DNA of 64,000 nucleotides. Source: Anthoceros angustus. Taxonomy: Eukaryota > Plantae > Anthocerotophyta. Position numbers and translations under genes: made by a program. Below the pieces are notes generated by a model that saw only the letters and a list, made by a program, of their open reading frames with translations, had not been told where the DNA came from and searched no databases. Position 1 is the stretch's first letter. Every line of letters begins with the position of its first letter. The stretch spans positions 868,001 through 932,000 of the forward strand of contig VJWM01000063.1 of the NCBI GenBank assembly GCA_010909165.1, read 5' to 3'. Positions 10,511 to 23,241 of the stretch are shown here, piece after piece.

Positions 10511-13430
10511 CCTCGTGCTCCCCGGCATGCCTCCTGCCAGCCACGGGTTCATCCACGAGCCTCCCTTGGTTCCCGAATGCCCGGTTGCACCTTTCCCTTC
10601 AAGATCCTCCTCGTCCTTCCATGCGAGGGTGCCGAGGGCTTACCTCCTGTGGCGCCTTCCTCCTCCGGTTCCTCCTGCTCTCCTTCGCTGCTGCTGTCGT
10701 CAAGCAGGCGCTCCTAGGACTCTGCCAGGCCCCTGGGTCCGTCTCTCGCCTCCTCCTTCCTTCGAAGTCCACCTCCGCCTAGGGTGACCTCAGAGCCTTG
10801 AGGAGCTCACGGTAGGTAAGTCGGAATCGACTTGGAATCGCCTCCTCCACATGAGCCCGAGCACATTCTCCTCCAAAGGTGCTCCAGAATCGAGATCGCC
10901 CACGGCCTGCCTGGCTGCACCACCGTAGGCGGCGGACTCTTGAGGCCGCCAAGGCTGCCTCCGCTACCTCTTGCAACCTCACCGCTCTCCTCCTCCTGTT
11001 GCTTCAGCCCGCCATTTTATGGGCCATGGAGCCGAGCTTCTCCTCGCAACCGGACGAGCAAGACCTTTCCTCCAAAGGCCTCCCTTCTTCTATTCTTTCC
11101 CGAGGTCCTCCACTTCTTCTCCAGCGGGCCGTATCCCCCGACTCCGGCTCACGCCGCCGCAACCGCGACGCCGAACTCCTTGACCGCCGCCTTCTCCTCC
11201 GCCTTCAAGGAGCCGGAGGCGCCCACCTCTCGTCAAGTCTTGGATCTCTGAGAACCCCTCGCCTGATGCATCTTGGAGTTGCAACCCAAGGTGTCCTTGT
11301 TGTCCTCCAGCCTCCCCGCCGCCTCTTCTACCTCCTGCACTGCACTCGAGGTCCCCAATCTCCCGGGTCTGGCCTCAGCCTCCTCACGGCTCGTGCTTGC
11401 TCCATGACCACTTGCTCGGCCTTGTTGGCCGGCTCTCTCGGCGCCTCTCTCCCGGTTCGATCACGCCGATAGTGATCGCGATCGGCCGTGGCCTCCGCCT
11501 CCTTGGCCACCTTCACCGAGCCTCTCCAGCCTTGGCTGGGTCCACCTCCGAGATCCTGCCTCGCTGCGCCGGCCTGCCTTCGCTACGCCCGCCGCCTGCA
11601 GAGTCCTCCGCCCGCTTGGGCCTCCTTGCTTGATGTTCCTCGGTGAAGGAATTTGGTCCGGCCTGCGATGGACCAGACCTCCTCTCTCGCCTCCCGGCTT
11701 CCTTCCTCAATCGCCGAGCCGGCCTTCCTTCTCGCCTGGCTCCTCCAACTGCCTCGGAGGAGCACCATGCGCCCGGTGGCTTCCACCTCCGGCCTTCTCG
11801 GCCATCCCAAGAGACTGAGCATACCGTCCATGACGGTAGCTGTGACCCGTGTTTCCTCCACGGCCGTGAGGCTCCACAAAGTCCGTATGAGCCAGATCTC
11901 ACGGTCCTCAGGACCTCCATACCGCAGCCCGAGTAAGTCCGGACGGGTTCTCCGGACCCAATCAGACCCTTAGGTCCCGAGGCCGAGCGAGCTTCCTCCT
12001 TGGCCCTTTTGGCCGCGAGCTCCTTCTCCGCCTTTTCTCCTGGGCCCCATGGAGGTGATGGAGTCCGGAGCACGCCTTTTGCCCCTTCCCGCCCACAGAC
12101 CGGCTCGATGCGCCGCTGTCCTCCGCCTCCCTCGGCGCCCCTTCGCCTCCCATCGCTTCCTCCGCTTGCCACTCCGCAGGGAAGAGGTACTGCACCGACC
12201 GGGTACCGCTGGTAGCCGTGGTCTTGCGCTTCGGCCTCCTGTCCGGCCTCACCGAGTGATGGCCGGGCCGCTGGGCCGCTCGCCGGCCGGGTTGCTGTTG
12301 CACCAAGGAGGGAGGCGGGGAATTGCTTCCCATACTTCCTGGGTGAGGGGTCCGTTCAGGCGTATGGAGTCGGAATCCTCGATCATCCTCCTCCGAGTCC
12401 GTTTGGTTTTCGACCGGCCTCCTCCTCCGGCGCCCTTGCCGCTCCACGATGGAGTCCGAATCCTCCCGCCATCCTCCTCCCGAGTCCGCTTGGTTTTTGT
12501 CGACTGCCTCCTCCTGGCCGCCTCCACTCCGGAGGGCCTCAGCCCTTTCCGAGCGCTCAAGCTCTCCTTCCCGAGGAGTTCAAATGCCCCCATACATGGA
12601 TCGTATGGGATGCCCAGATGGCGGCTTCTCCCGAGCTATGAGCCTCACAAACCGGGCGAAGATAATCCTTCCCACCGCCTCTTCCCCGCAACGCTGCAGA
12701 ACACTAATAGATTATCACCAAGGTGATCCACCTTGGTGAGTAGGTTCCAGTGACATGATCCGCCACCGCCTCGACTCGACCGTCCAACAGTGGATATCAC
12801 CAACCACAGGTCCGGCCCTGTGCCTTAGCAGCCGCCGTGGTCGGACCTATCTTCCCTTCGCCTGAGGGCCCGCACCACTCCCCTCTTCCTCCTTGGGCGG
12901 TTGTAGGCAGACCTCCAAGGTCCATCGCCTTGGGTCCTCCCGAGGTTCTTGGACCGCACCTCCTTGTTGACCGCCACAAGATCTTCCGGCAAACTCCGGA
13001 CCAGAGTGACATCAAATGTCCGCACCATTTGGAACACATCCAAATGCCACTCGCACCAATTCTCCCCGGAGCCAGAGCCCAAAGTCCGGATAGCGCCGGT
13101 CACAATGTTGCGCCCACAAGGTTCCATGGCTCCCAAACTTCCGCTGGTGCCATCGCCTTCTCCCTTGGTTGCCGCTGCGCTGGCACGCTGAGCCTTCGCC
13201 GCGCTCGCTTCTCCGACCTCAACGGTGAGCCGCCAAGACGCCCGAGTGTCCCACGAGATACCGCCAGAGCCGGATCGGAGCGCAAGAGATCGCGAGAATT
13301 GTCTCGAGGCCGCAGAAATGACCTTCTTCCGACCACGCCGGAGTAACGGGCGGAGGGCGCCTCGTCTGTGAATCGCCGAGGTCCGCATGGCTTACTCGCG
13401 CTTACGCTGCTGCACGTTTTACTCACGCAG
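10500..13430 (-). pseudogene. Extra ORF (env position) of internal B, frameshifted, unknown function
   Basis: Lies between INT and PPT. Shares peptides with the copy in internal A, e.g. GSLGAMEPCGRNIVT.AIRTLGS...WHLDVFQMV and PRWITLVII, followed by E/K/R/A-rich coiled-coil-like segments. Confidence 0.55.
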
Positions 13431-13724
13431 CCTGGGCGTGAATACCGCTATAACGGCCTCGCAAGGTTACGGCCCGACCACGCATGCCCGCCTCCACTCG
13501 GTCGCCCACGTGGCCGCCCTGGCCTTACGCCCAACTTAAGTTACTTCTCGGCGATTTATCCCGCCTGGTCCTGGAGTGGGTCCACTTACCTCCGCCCGCC
13601 ATCGTAGGTCTAAGTACGCCTCACTCCGAGTCGGAGTATACTCCGAGTCCCGAGTGCTAACCGGCTTATTTCCTCCTTTTCGCCTCTTATCCTTCCTCCC
13701 ACAAAAACAAAACCTACCTAATTT

Positions 13725-16700
13725 CTAACCCCTGTGGAAGTCCGTAGTCCACATACTCCTTCTCACCGCTGGCGCTCCGCCAACACTAAGCGTGGTACTT
13801 TTCACCCGCCACCCGCTCACCCGAGGGGGCGGTTCACCATCCAACCGCCGAACAACATTGGGGTATACTGCACGACTTGGTAAGGCCCCATCCATCGAGG
13901 TGGAGTTTACCCGGAAGTGCATATGTCGGCGTCGTAAAGGAGGCCGATCTCCCTCCTTCACATACTCCCGATTCCTAAGGCGCCTATCATGCCACGCTGC
14001 GTTGATTCGTATCATTGCATCACTGCGCCTCTTCCCGGTCCTCCGATGTACAAACCCTAGCAACCGCCTCCAGCTTGGCTCTTCATCCGTTTTCCATCAT
14101 GACCCGAGTTGGCACCTCAAACTCGACCGCATAACGGGTGAGTGCCCATAGGTCATAATACGGAGTTCGTTGGTTACCTTCTCGCGCTCAACATAGCCGA
14201 TGGCGCTTTGTATCCGATCGTGCGCATAGTTAACCGCCACCTTATTGAGGATGCGCAGATAAGTCCATTGGTCTTCCGTCCCCGCTGGCCTTGGATTGTA
14301 GGGGCGTTTCACGATGTGTGATGCGAAATAGTCCGTCATTGCTTATCACATCATTGAGGAAATGGGTTCCCCTATCGCACCACAACGGACACCCATACCT
14401 TGTGATGATGTTTTCAGAGGAATTTGGCCACCGTGCTCGCAGAGTCCGCTCGTAGCGACCGCCCAACCCACCGGTGCGGTCCACCAAGATGTACCGCTCG
14501 GTGTGCCTGGTCGCTATCGATAGGTCCAACGGGTCGATGCCCCATTTCTCAAAAGGCGCTAGTGCTAGTATGGGCACTAACGGCCATTGAGTTGTGGCCA
14601 CGGCTTCCGATCCACCGACAAGCATCACACTTCTTCACAATTGGTGTGTTTCCCCATACATGGTGGGCCACCAAGACTCACCAAGATTTTCTTGGTGGTG
14701 ACTCACCGCATAATGTCCACCACCTAGTCCTTCGTGCATCCCCTTTATTACCACCTCCGCTCACACTGGAGGTACCTTCGCTCCACACCGTCCCCTACCT
14801 TAAAGATGCAACTGCTATACAAAGGGCGAGCGAGTGCACAAAGGCTCAACCTGGTTCGCCTGGTAGCTCCATCTCCCATAGGTACTGCCAACTCCGCGTA
14901 AGAGGGCCGCCCGCCCGCCTCTCCCTCCGCTTCGCCGGGTCCGCTGTCACCAGGGTTTGTCCTACTGTGCTCCTCTACCTCCTCCTCTATCACGCCACCA
15001 ATTCCTCATCCGGAAGGCGCCTCTTGATCCCGCAGGAGGCCCGCTTTTAACTGGACAAGAAGTCGCTGGTGTTGCCTTGCCTAGTCTCCACCTCAAATGT
15101 GAACTCCTCGTAGCAATGTAATCCACCTCGCAATTCGTCCCGACAAGTCCGCCTTGTTCACCAAATGCTTGAGCAGTGATCAACATAGAACACAAACTCA
15201 TTGAAGGTAGTGTCGAATTTCTTAACGGCGATACCATACCCAATGCCTCCTCCGTAGTAGTGTACCTCCGCTGCGTGAGCCGCCTTCCCGTAGTAGATTG
15301 GGTGATCCCTCCGCTTATCATCTTTTGATCGAGCACTACCCGATGGCGGCGGACACATCCACGCACATGGAATCGCTTCCCCCCGGTCCTTTTGTCTGGG
15401 CATCAGTGCAGTGGTCGAGGTCTCGAATGCCGCCTCCTCTCGGCCCGTGTCCATTCCTCCTTCCCGAGTAGCTCATAGCTGGAGGCCCGCTTTGCAAAAT
15501 CTTGTATGAAACGCCTATAGTAACCTACCATGCCTGTGAATCGTAACTCCTTCAAGTTCGGTCAGTAGGGATCGGATGACTTTCACCTTGTCTTGGTCCA
15601 CCTCTATCCCTCTTACCGACACTCGGTGCCCCAACAAGATTCCCTCTGTCATGCCAAGTAGCACTGGATGCGTGCATGAGTCTCCCTACATCGCTCCAAA
15701 CACTTCCGCAAATGTCCCACGTGTTTGTCCTCCTCTCCGCATGTCGCCCAAGAACACCTCCATGAAGTCCTCAGAATTCCAAGACATTGGTCACCATCCG
15801 ATAAATGATCCGGTGCTCTCATCCCAAGGCACTCCGCTTGTAGGTAAACGTCCCCACTCCGTGGTGAATGTTGTCTTATCCCAACCGACTCCCTTAGGTG
15901 TAACTGGTTGTAGCCGGAGTGGCCCAAGAAGGAGTAGGTACTCCCGCCACCTTGTCCAAGATGTCGTCCACAAAGGGCATGGGAAATGGTCCTTTCCGTG
16001 GCGGCTCGCTTTCTCCGCCCCGACGAATCCTGCCGCTTCTTCGACCACAATGGGCGCCACCCACTCACTGCTTACGATTGGGAAGATGATGTCCGCCTGA
16101 TACTTATCCAGACTTCCTTGACCTTGAGCGAGTGCTTGGGATTCGCTTTATACCGCCTAATCCGAACAGCACTCCCGGCTTCAGATCTATCCTGTTCGCC
16201 CATCGCTTTTGAATGCCTTTCATATCCGTGACCTTGAAAGCAAACACCCCGCTGAATTCCCCAACAAGTGTGAGGTCTTAACCCTCCGATGCCCTTGCGG
16301 AATTTGAGGAATTTCCTGGCGAACCTCCACGCCTTCCACATCGTCCCGTTGACTGCCTCCTTCCCTGCTCATACGTCCGCCGTCCCTCCATCCGGGTTCA
16401 TCTTCACGCATTCCCCACTCCCAAAGAGCTCGTCAAGTGAAACGGTTACTTCCTCGCCTACTTCCCCCTCCTGCTGGACCCTCCTCTTGATTGCCTTCCC
16501 CGCTCTTGGTCCGCAGTCCACCCTAAAACAATCGATGACCTCCTCATCCACCTCCGCTCCAAAGGCGTCCCTCCTAATCCATCTCCTCCTCGACCACGTG
16601 ATTTTGGGAAAGGGTAGTCCTCATTCGTATCCTCGCTCATCGTCACTGCCTTCAGGTGTACCCTCCGTGGTGCCGAGCCCACAAGATGTGTCCTTACCTG

Positions 16701-17160
16701 TAATCGCTACCGCCCTTCCTCACCTTCGGATCCCACCAGGCTTGAAGTGTATCTTCCGTCAAGTGTAGTTTTGTCTCGAGCGAGGCTCAGCCAAGGCCGC
16801 CTAACAGACCTCATACCTGTGGGTCCGGTCCGATGACGAAAAATCTAATGTATAGGGGCTCCGCTATGGTGGCGACTGGACAACTCTGGCGCTGACATGT
16901 CCGCCATCCCGAGGGTTTTGGTGGATGGCTCAAGGTGGTGAACCCCTGCCTTGCGGGCCTTGATGAGGTTCACTCGACCCGTGTCTAGAGGCACGCTTTT
17001 AATTACACACCCCGCAATTTCCACCGCACCACGCCTGTGGTCCGTATGAGATACGACCCTTACCTCCGTTCTTCCCACCAAGGAGTTCCACGTGGTTGCT
17101 TTCCCGATGGCCTGGACTTCGCCGATACTCGGGTTGTCCTTTAACAACCGCCTAAGGGAC
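13725..17160 (-). pseudogene. pol: pol of internal B (PR-RT-RNaseH-INT), heavily frameshifted as read
   Basis: PR EIAGCVIKSVPLDTG (~17000). RT KDHFP, YSFL.HSGYNQL, DKTTFTTEWG, FMEVFL (~15750-16050). RH DHPIYYG..RRYTTTEEALGMV..AVKKF (~15050-15450). INT LAPFEKWGID, ENIITRYGCP..DRGTHFLN (~14350-14600). GPY tail at ~13880. Confidence 0.92.
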
Positions 17161-17399
17161 ACCAAGTGTTGTTGGTCCATCATCAAGTCGGCCACCTTGA
17201 AAGGGCCGGGTGGTTCTCCCGCCACGCGCCTCTCTCCTCCAGCTTTGCCACTCTGTGGTGGCCGGACTACTGGGTCCCGCCGGAGTTCTTCTTGAAGCAT
17301 CTCTCACCCGAACCACATCCGGGAAGCGCGGCTGAGGTCCGCCTCCAGACTCTGGCTTGGGGTTTCTTCTCGGCAGCCCGGTTTAACTCGCCTCTTGGC

Positions 17400-18860
17400 G
17401 GGTTCGGCTTCAGGGTGTTCCGTCCTCCGTATCCGTGGGACTATCCTCATTTTTCTTCCTCACTGCCTCCGCTCCTTCCGCCCTTTCGGCGACTCGGTTG
17501 ATACACTTCACCTCCAGTCCGCCTTCTTCTCCGGGCCGAACTTGCTGACCACCTGCTTGTGCCCCTGCCTCCTCCCACTCCGCCAGCGCCTTCAAGGCAC
17601 AGTGCCTTAGGGAGGGGGCGTGGTCTTGGCTCCCACGGGTTGCGAGCGCATGCCCTCGAGCGAGGATTCGACACAGGTACCGCATGTGCCCCGCCATAAT
17701 CTCCACACGCTCAAAGTCGCCACCTTGTCCGGTGGGGTAGGGACAGTGCTGGAGTAGTGTCCGGGTTCCCCCCACCACCGCCGAGAATTCTCGAGGGGCT
17801 CCCATGCGGTGCGCATCGGAGATGCATGACGGACCAGCCGTGGGGTACATCGCCCCGGATACCGTGGTCCCCAGCTTCTTGCACTTGGTATGCATCCTCC
17901 CACTGCCTCGACTCTTCCCGTAGTACTCCACCGGTTCACGGGTCCGAGGGGCGCCTCGAATGCCCATGTTGGTGACACACCGCACACCATGATGAGTACG
18001 ACTGTGGTGGCCGCCTTACGCTCTTTATCCTTCACCGGTTGATCGTCAACTCCTCCACCCTCTTCATTACCCGTTCTAGATCTTCCTCGCCCCGCTTCCT
18101 TCAAAGGAGCTGGGTCGGGACCTCTGCACGGCATGCATCATGACCTCCTTCTTTTCCCCTCCGTCCGACCACGGGCTTCTTCTTCTTTATTTCGGGTTCT
18201 TCTTCTTCCATGGCCTCCTGGATTCTTCCTGAGTCCTCTTCCTCTTCCTCCGACGCTGCCTCATCATCCTCCTCGTCCGAGGGTTCTTCATCTTGAGTCC
18301 GCCGCTTTTTCTTCTTTCCTCCTGAGGAGTCCTCGCGCGCATCGATTCTTCATAGTTCTCCGCCCGGACCGCCTTGCTCACATCTTCGCCAACGCAAGAC
18401 GATGCTTAGCCATGGGCTTGATAAGCCACCGCGAACCAACGCATCACCGCATGGTAGTGTGAGGGTGCCGTCCTCAGCTGTAGAACCGCTCTCGATCGAT
18501 CCCAACTTCCGCCTTTCCTCGCCTGTTCTCGAGTTTGACAAGACATAGCCTTCTTGATCGATTCCGCTGAATCTTTCTAAGAAGGCATCCTTCAATGCTT
18601 CAAGGTGCAGGCTCGAGGCGTCGATTTCCTCCGATACCACCGAGCACGCCCCAGGACCCCTTGAACAAATGAGTCAATCCGAACCTTCTCTGAAGTTTGC
18701 CCGAGACACAAAATCCTCCACGAAGGTTTCGCCTCTCTCCTTCTTACCTCCAAAGAGAGATACGCTTGTTTGGTCGACGTTGTCGCCATCGCCATGGTAA
18801 GGGATGAGGAACCGCCTCCACGCCCGACAGGCCCCTCCTCGATCCGACAACCCACCACAC
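17400..18860 (-). pseudogene. gag: gag of internal B
   Basis: EALKDAFLERF retrotransposon-gag core motif (~18580), K/R/S-rich linker and a degenerate Cys/His knuckle region (~17680-17720). Sits between the PBS and PR. Confidence 0.7.
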
Positions 18861-18992
18861 TTACCTGGTGTCCCGAGCTCGTTGCCTCTCACGTGCTCGC
18901 GCCGAGCGCCGGGCTACAACGTCCGACTCTTAAGAATTCTTCCTTAACTACCTCCACGCCCTCCACGCATCCACGCCGGCTACTAACGATTT

Positions 18993-19010
18993 CATTCCCA
19001 ACGGCCAAAA
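18993..19010 (-). promoter_or_regulatory. Primer-binding site remnant of internal B (tRNA-Asp type), not preceded by an LTR
   Basis: The - strand reads CCACA|TTTTGGCCGTTGGGAAT, a deletion derivative of TTTTTGGCGCCGTTGCCGGGGA, the Athila-type PBS complementary to the plant tRNA-Asp 3' end. Confidence 0.7.
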
Positions 19011-20099
19011 TGTGGCGCGACTTTCACGATGGCACCGCCGACAATCCTGTCGTTGTAGGAAGAAGTCCGTTTCAAGGGAATGATAGGCTGCTTACTGCTT
19101 CGTGATTCCTCACTTAGCGCCTGCTCCTCAACACACACATACTCCTAACTACTCACAACGTTTCACCGACAGCCGATGGCTAAACGTTTAGGACCTGCTC
19201 ACCCAGATCGCTCACATCCGCCTCACACATCCTTCCTCTCTCCTCACGCTACACTCGCCTTAGAAAGACGCTGGTTACATGCCCCGACCTCCTCCGCTGC
19301 CCGCCGGCCTCCGTCCGGCTCACGCCTCCGAGTTCCTCCTCCACGCGCCGGCCGCTGCCCGACGAGCACGGGTCACCGCCACCCTTCCCCGCACACCACA
19401 ACACGCCGGCCACCGTGACCTTGATCAATCTCCCGAGCCGCCGGCTCGCCGACTGTGACTCACGTTAGCAAGAAGACACACAAAGGTCCGCAAGAACGCA
19501 TCAACACCAAGAGAAAGATGATTTATCTGTATGCCTTAGCCCTCTTATACTACCAAGGCGCCTTTATTACACCTCTCGAAATGAGGGCCACCAGGTACCC
19601 TAACCACCGCCTACCACCCCTTATTCCACCCATCACGTGGCAGGGCTGGATGGCCCCTCATTCCTTCTTGGCACCGGCGGCCCAAAGCCGAGCCCCGCTC
19701 CGCGGCCAAGACCCAATCGGATGATCCGCGAGGCGGACCCTTCCTCTTCCCGAGGGTCCGCCAGCGCCACCCGGGCCTCGACAACGGCGGTCACCACCAA
19801 GTCCTCCTCGCCTCCCTCTTCTCTCTCGGCCTCGCAGGGCCTCCAAGGTTGGATCACGGACTGGCTCTCCCCACTCCCGAGTTTGGACCTCGTGACCGCC
19901 TCGTCGAGTCCGGACCTCTAGGTCCTTCCTCCGGGTCCGGCCTCTCTCCGAGTCCGGCCTGGGACCGGACCCCGGGTCCGGCCTGACCCAACCTTCCTCG
20001 GGGTCCGGACCGTCCTGGCTACTAGAGTCCGGATCCCTAAGTCCAGACTGGGCCGGACCCTGGATCCGCCTTTCGAGTCCGGACAAAGTCCGACCTCGT

Positions 20100-23000
20100 G
20101 CCCTGGCATGCCTCCCAGGGCTGGGTTCATCCACCGAGCCTCCTTGGTTCCCGAATGCCCGGTTTCCTTCCCTTCAAGATCCTCCTCGCCCTTCCATGCG
20201 AGGGTGCCGAGGCTTACCTCCTGTGGCGCCTTCCTCCTCCCGGCCTCCCCTGCTCTCCCCCAAACAGCCTCCTAGGACTCAGCTGCCCCCGGGTCCGTCC
20301 TCCTCGCCTCCTTCCGTCCTTCCGAAGTCCACCTCCCGCCTAGGTGGCGCAGACCTCAGCCTTGAGGAGCTCGGTGGTAGGCGGTCGAATCGACTTGCTG
20401 AATCGCCTCCACATGAGCCCGAGCACCTTGCACTCCCTCCTCCAGGTGCTCCAGAATCGAGCATCGCCCGCCGGCCTGCCTCGCGGGCCAAGCTTACCAC
20501 CGTAGGCGGACTCTTGAGGCCGCCAAGGCTGCCTCTACCTCTGCAACCTTCGCCGCCGACGCTCTCCTCCTCCTCCTGTTGCTTCAGCCCGCCATTTATG
20601 GGCCATGGAGCCGAGCCTTCGCCTCGCAACCGGACGAGCAACTGCATTCTTCCTCCAAAGGCTTCCTCCCTTCTATTCTTTCCCGAGGTCCTCCACTTCC
20701 TTCTCCAGCGGGCTGATCCCCGTCCGACTCGGCTTCCGCCACGCCCCGCAACCTTGCGACGCCGAACTCCTTGCACCGCCATTCTCCTCCGTCTTCAAGC
20801 GGAGCTGGAGGCGCCCACCTCGTCAAGTCTTGGATTCTCTCTGAGAACCCCCGCCGCTGGCATCTTGGAGTTGCAACCCAAGGTGTCCTTGTCCTCCGCC
20901 TCCGCCCGCCTCTTCTACCTGCACTGCACTCGAGGTCCCCAATCTCCCGTGCCGGCCTCCTCACGGCCCTGCTTTGCCCGCGGCCACTTGCTCGGCCTTC
21001 GATTGGCCGCCTCTCTACCGCCTCCACCCGATCACGCCGATAGTGATCGCGATCGGCCGTGGCCTCCGCCTCCTGGCCACCTTCACCGAGCCTCCAGCCT
21101 TGGCTCGTCCGCCGCCTCGAGATCCCGCCTCCGCGGCGCCCGGCCCTCTCGCTCGCCCCTCCGCCCGCAGAGGTCCTCCGCCTGCTTGGGCCTCGCTCAC
21201 TTCCTCCACTGAAGGAATTTGGTCCGGCCTGCGGATGGACCAGACCTCCTCTCCGCCTCCCGCTTCCTTCCTCAATCGCCGAGAGCTTCCTTCCGCCTCC
21301 GGCTCCTCCAACCGCCTCCCGGAGGAGCACCATGCGCCCGGTGGCTTCCACCTCCGGCCTTCTGCCATCCCGCAGACCCTGTGAGCATACCGTCCATGAC
21401 GGTAGCTGACCCGCCGTGTTTCCTCCACGGCCGCCGTGAGGCTCCCACAAAGTCCGTGAGCGCAGATCTCACGGTCAAGGACCTCCATACTGCAGAGCAA
21501 GTCCTGACTGGGTTCTCCGACCCAATCAGACCCTTAGGTCCCGAGGCCGAGCTCCGAGCTTCCTCCTTGGCCCTTTTGGTCATGAGCTCCTCCGCCTTTT
21601 CTCCCGGGCTCGGAGGTGATGGAGTCCGGAGCACGCCTTTTGCCCCTTCCGCCGGGCGACAGACTGCCTCGATGCGGCCGCCGCTGTCCTCCGCCTCGCG
21701 CCTTTCTCGCCTCCCATCGCTTCCTCCGCTTGCCACTCCGCAGGGGAAGAGGTACTGCACCGACCGGGTACGCCGTAGCCGTGGTCTTGCGCTTCGGCTC
21801 TCTCCGGTCCGCGGCTCTCACCGAGTGATGCGGGGCGGCGGGGCTGGCCGGGCCGCTCACGCTGGCTGCCTGGGGCACCAAGGAGGGAGGCGGAATTGCT
21901 TCCCATACTGGGTGGTGAGGGGTCCGCCCACGTATGGAGTCCGGAATCCCTCCTCCATCCTCCTCCCGAGTCCGCTTGGTTTTCCGACCGCCTCCTCCTC
22001 CGGCCTTGCCCGCCTCCACTTCCGGAGGCCTCAGCCCTTTCCCGAGCGCCTCAAGCTCCTTCCCCGAGGAGTTCAAATGCCCCATACATGGACTGCATGG
22101 GGATGCCCCATGGCGGGGCTTCGCCCCGAGCTATGAGCCTCGCTAAACCGCAAGATAATCCTTCCTCAGCCTCTTCCCCGCCGCAACGCTGCAGAACACT
22201 AATAGATTATCACCAAGGTGATCCACCTTGGTGAGTAGGTTCCAGTGATGATCCGCCACCGCCTCGACTCGACCGCCCAACAGTGGATATCGCCCAACCA
22301 CAGGGTCCGCGCCCTGTGCCTTAGCATCCGCTGTCGGACCTATCTTCCCTTCGCCTTGAGGGGCCCGCACCACTCCCCTCTTCCTTGGGGCTAGGCCGCT
22401 CAGACCTCCAAGGTCCATCGCCTTGGTCCTCGAGGTTCTTGGACCGCACCTCCTATTGACCGCCAAAGATCTTCGCAAACTCCCGACTGAGTGACATCAA
22501 ATGTCCGACCATTTGGAACACATCCAAATGCCACCCGCACCACCCGCCTCGGAGCGAGCCCAAAGTCCGGATAGCGCGGGTCACAATGTTGCGCCCACAA
22601 GGTTCCATGGCTCCCAAACTTCCGCTGGCTTTTGGGTGCCATCGCCTTCTCCCTCGTTGCCGCCGCCGCTTGTCGACCGCCGCACGTTGAGCCTCTCTCA
22701 CCGCTCGCCTCCGACCTCAACGGTGAGCCGCGACGAAGACGCCCGAGTGTCCCACGAGATACCGCCAGAGAGCCGGATCATGGAGCGCAAGAGATCGCGA
22801 ATTGTCTCGAGGTCACAAATAAATGACCTTCTTCCGCGACCACGCCGGAGTAACTGGGCGGAGGGCGCCTCTCTCAGAATCGCTGAGGTCGCATGGCTTA
22901 CTGCGCTGCCGCTGACTGCCTTACTCCGGCAGCCTCGGGGCGTGAATACTGCTATAACGGCCTGCAAGGTTACGGTCCCGACCACGTGCATGCCCGCCCT

Positions 23001-23130
23001 CCACTCGTGGTCGCCCACGTGCCGCCTCTTACGCCCAACTTCTAAGTTACCTTCGCGATTTATCCCGCCTGGTCTCGAGTGGGTCCGGCCTCCCCGCCGC
23101 CCGCCATCGAGGTCTAGGTCACGCCTCACT
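20100..23130 (-). pseudogene. Extra ORF (env position) of internal A, frameshifted, unknown function
   Basis: Collinear and highly similar to 10500-13430. For example, gacatcaaatgtcc..catttggaacacatccaaatgcca..caaagtccggatagcg..tcacaatgttgcgcccacaaggttccatggctcccaaacttccgctgg occurs at ~13008-13147 and ~22493-22628. Confidence 0.55.
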
Positions 23131-23241
23131 CCGAGTCAGAGTATACTCGAGTGCCGCCCGAGTGCTAACCGGCTTATTTCCTCCTTTTTCGCCTCGTTCT
23201 ATCCTTCGCTCCACACAAAAAACAAAATCCTACCTCATTTC

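Noticed and set aside
20196-22136. Long + strand ORFs (338 aa at 20196-21212, 305 aa at 21219-22136, and similar ones at 10-13 kb)
   Set aside because: They are P/S/R/L-rich, as expected for antisense shadows of GC-rich, E/G/R-rich minus-strand sequence, and are not open in the same way in both copies. An antisense extra ORF cannot be fully excluded without dN/dS.
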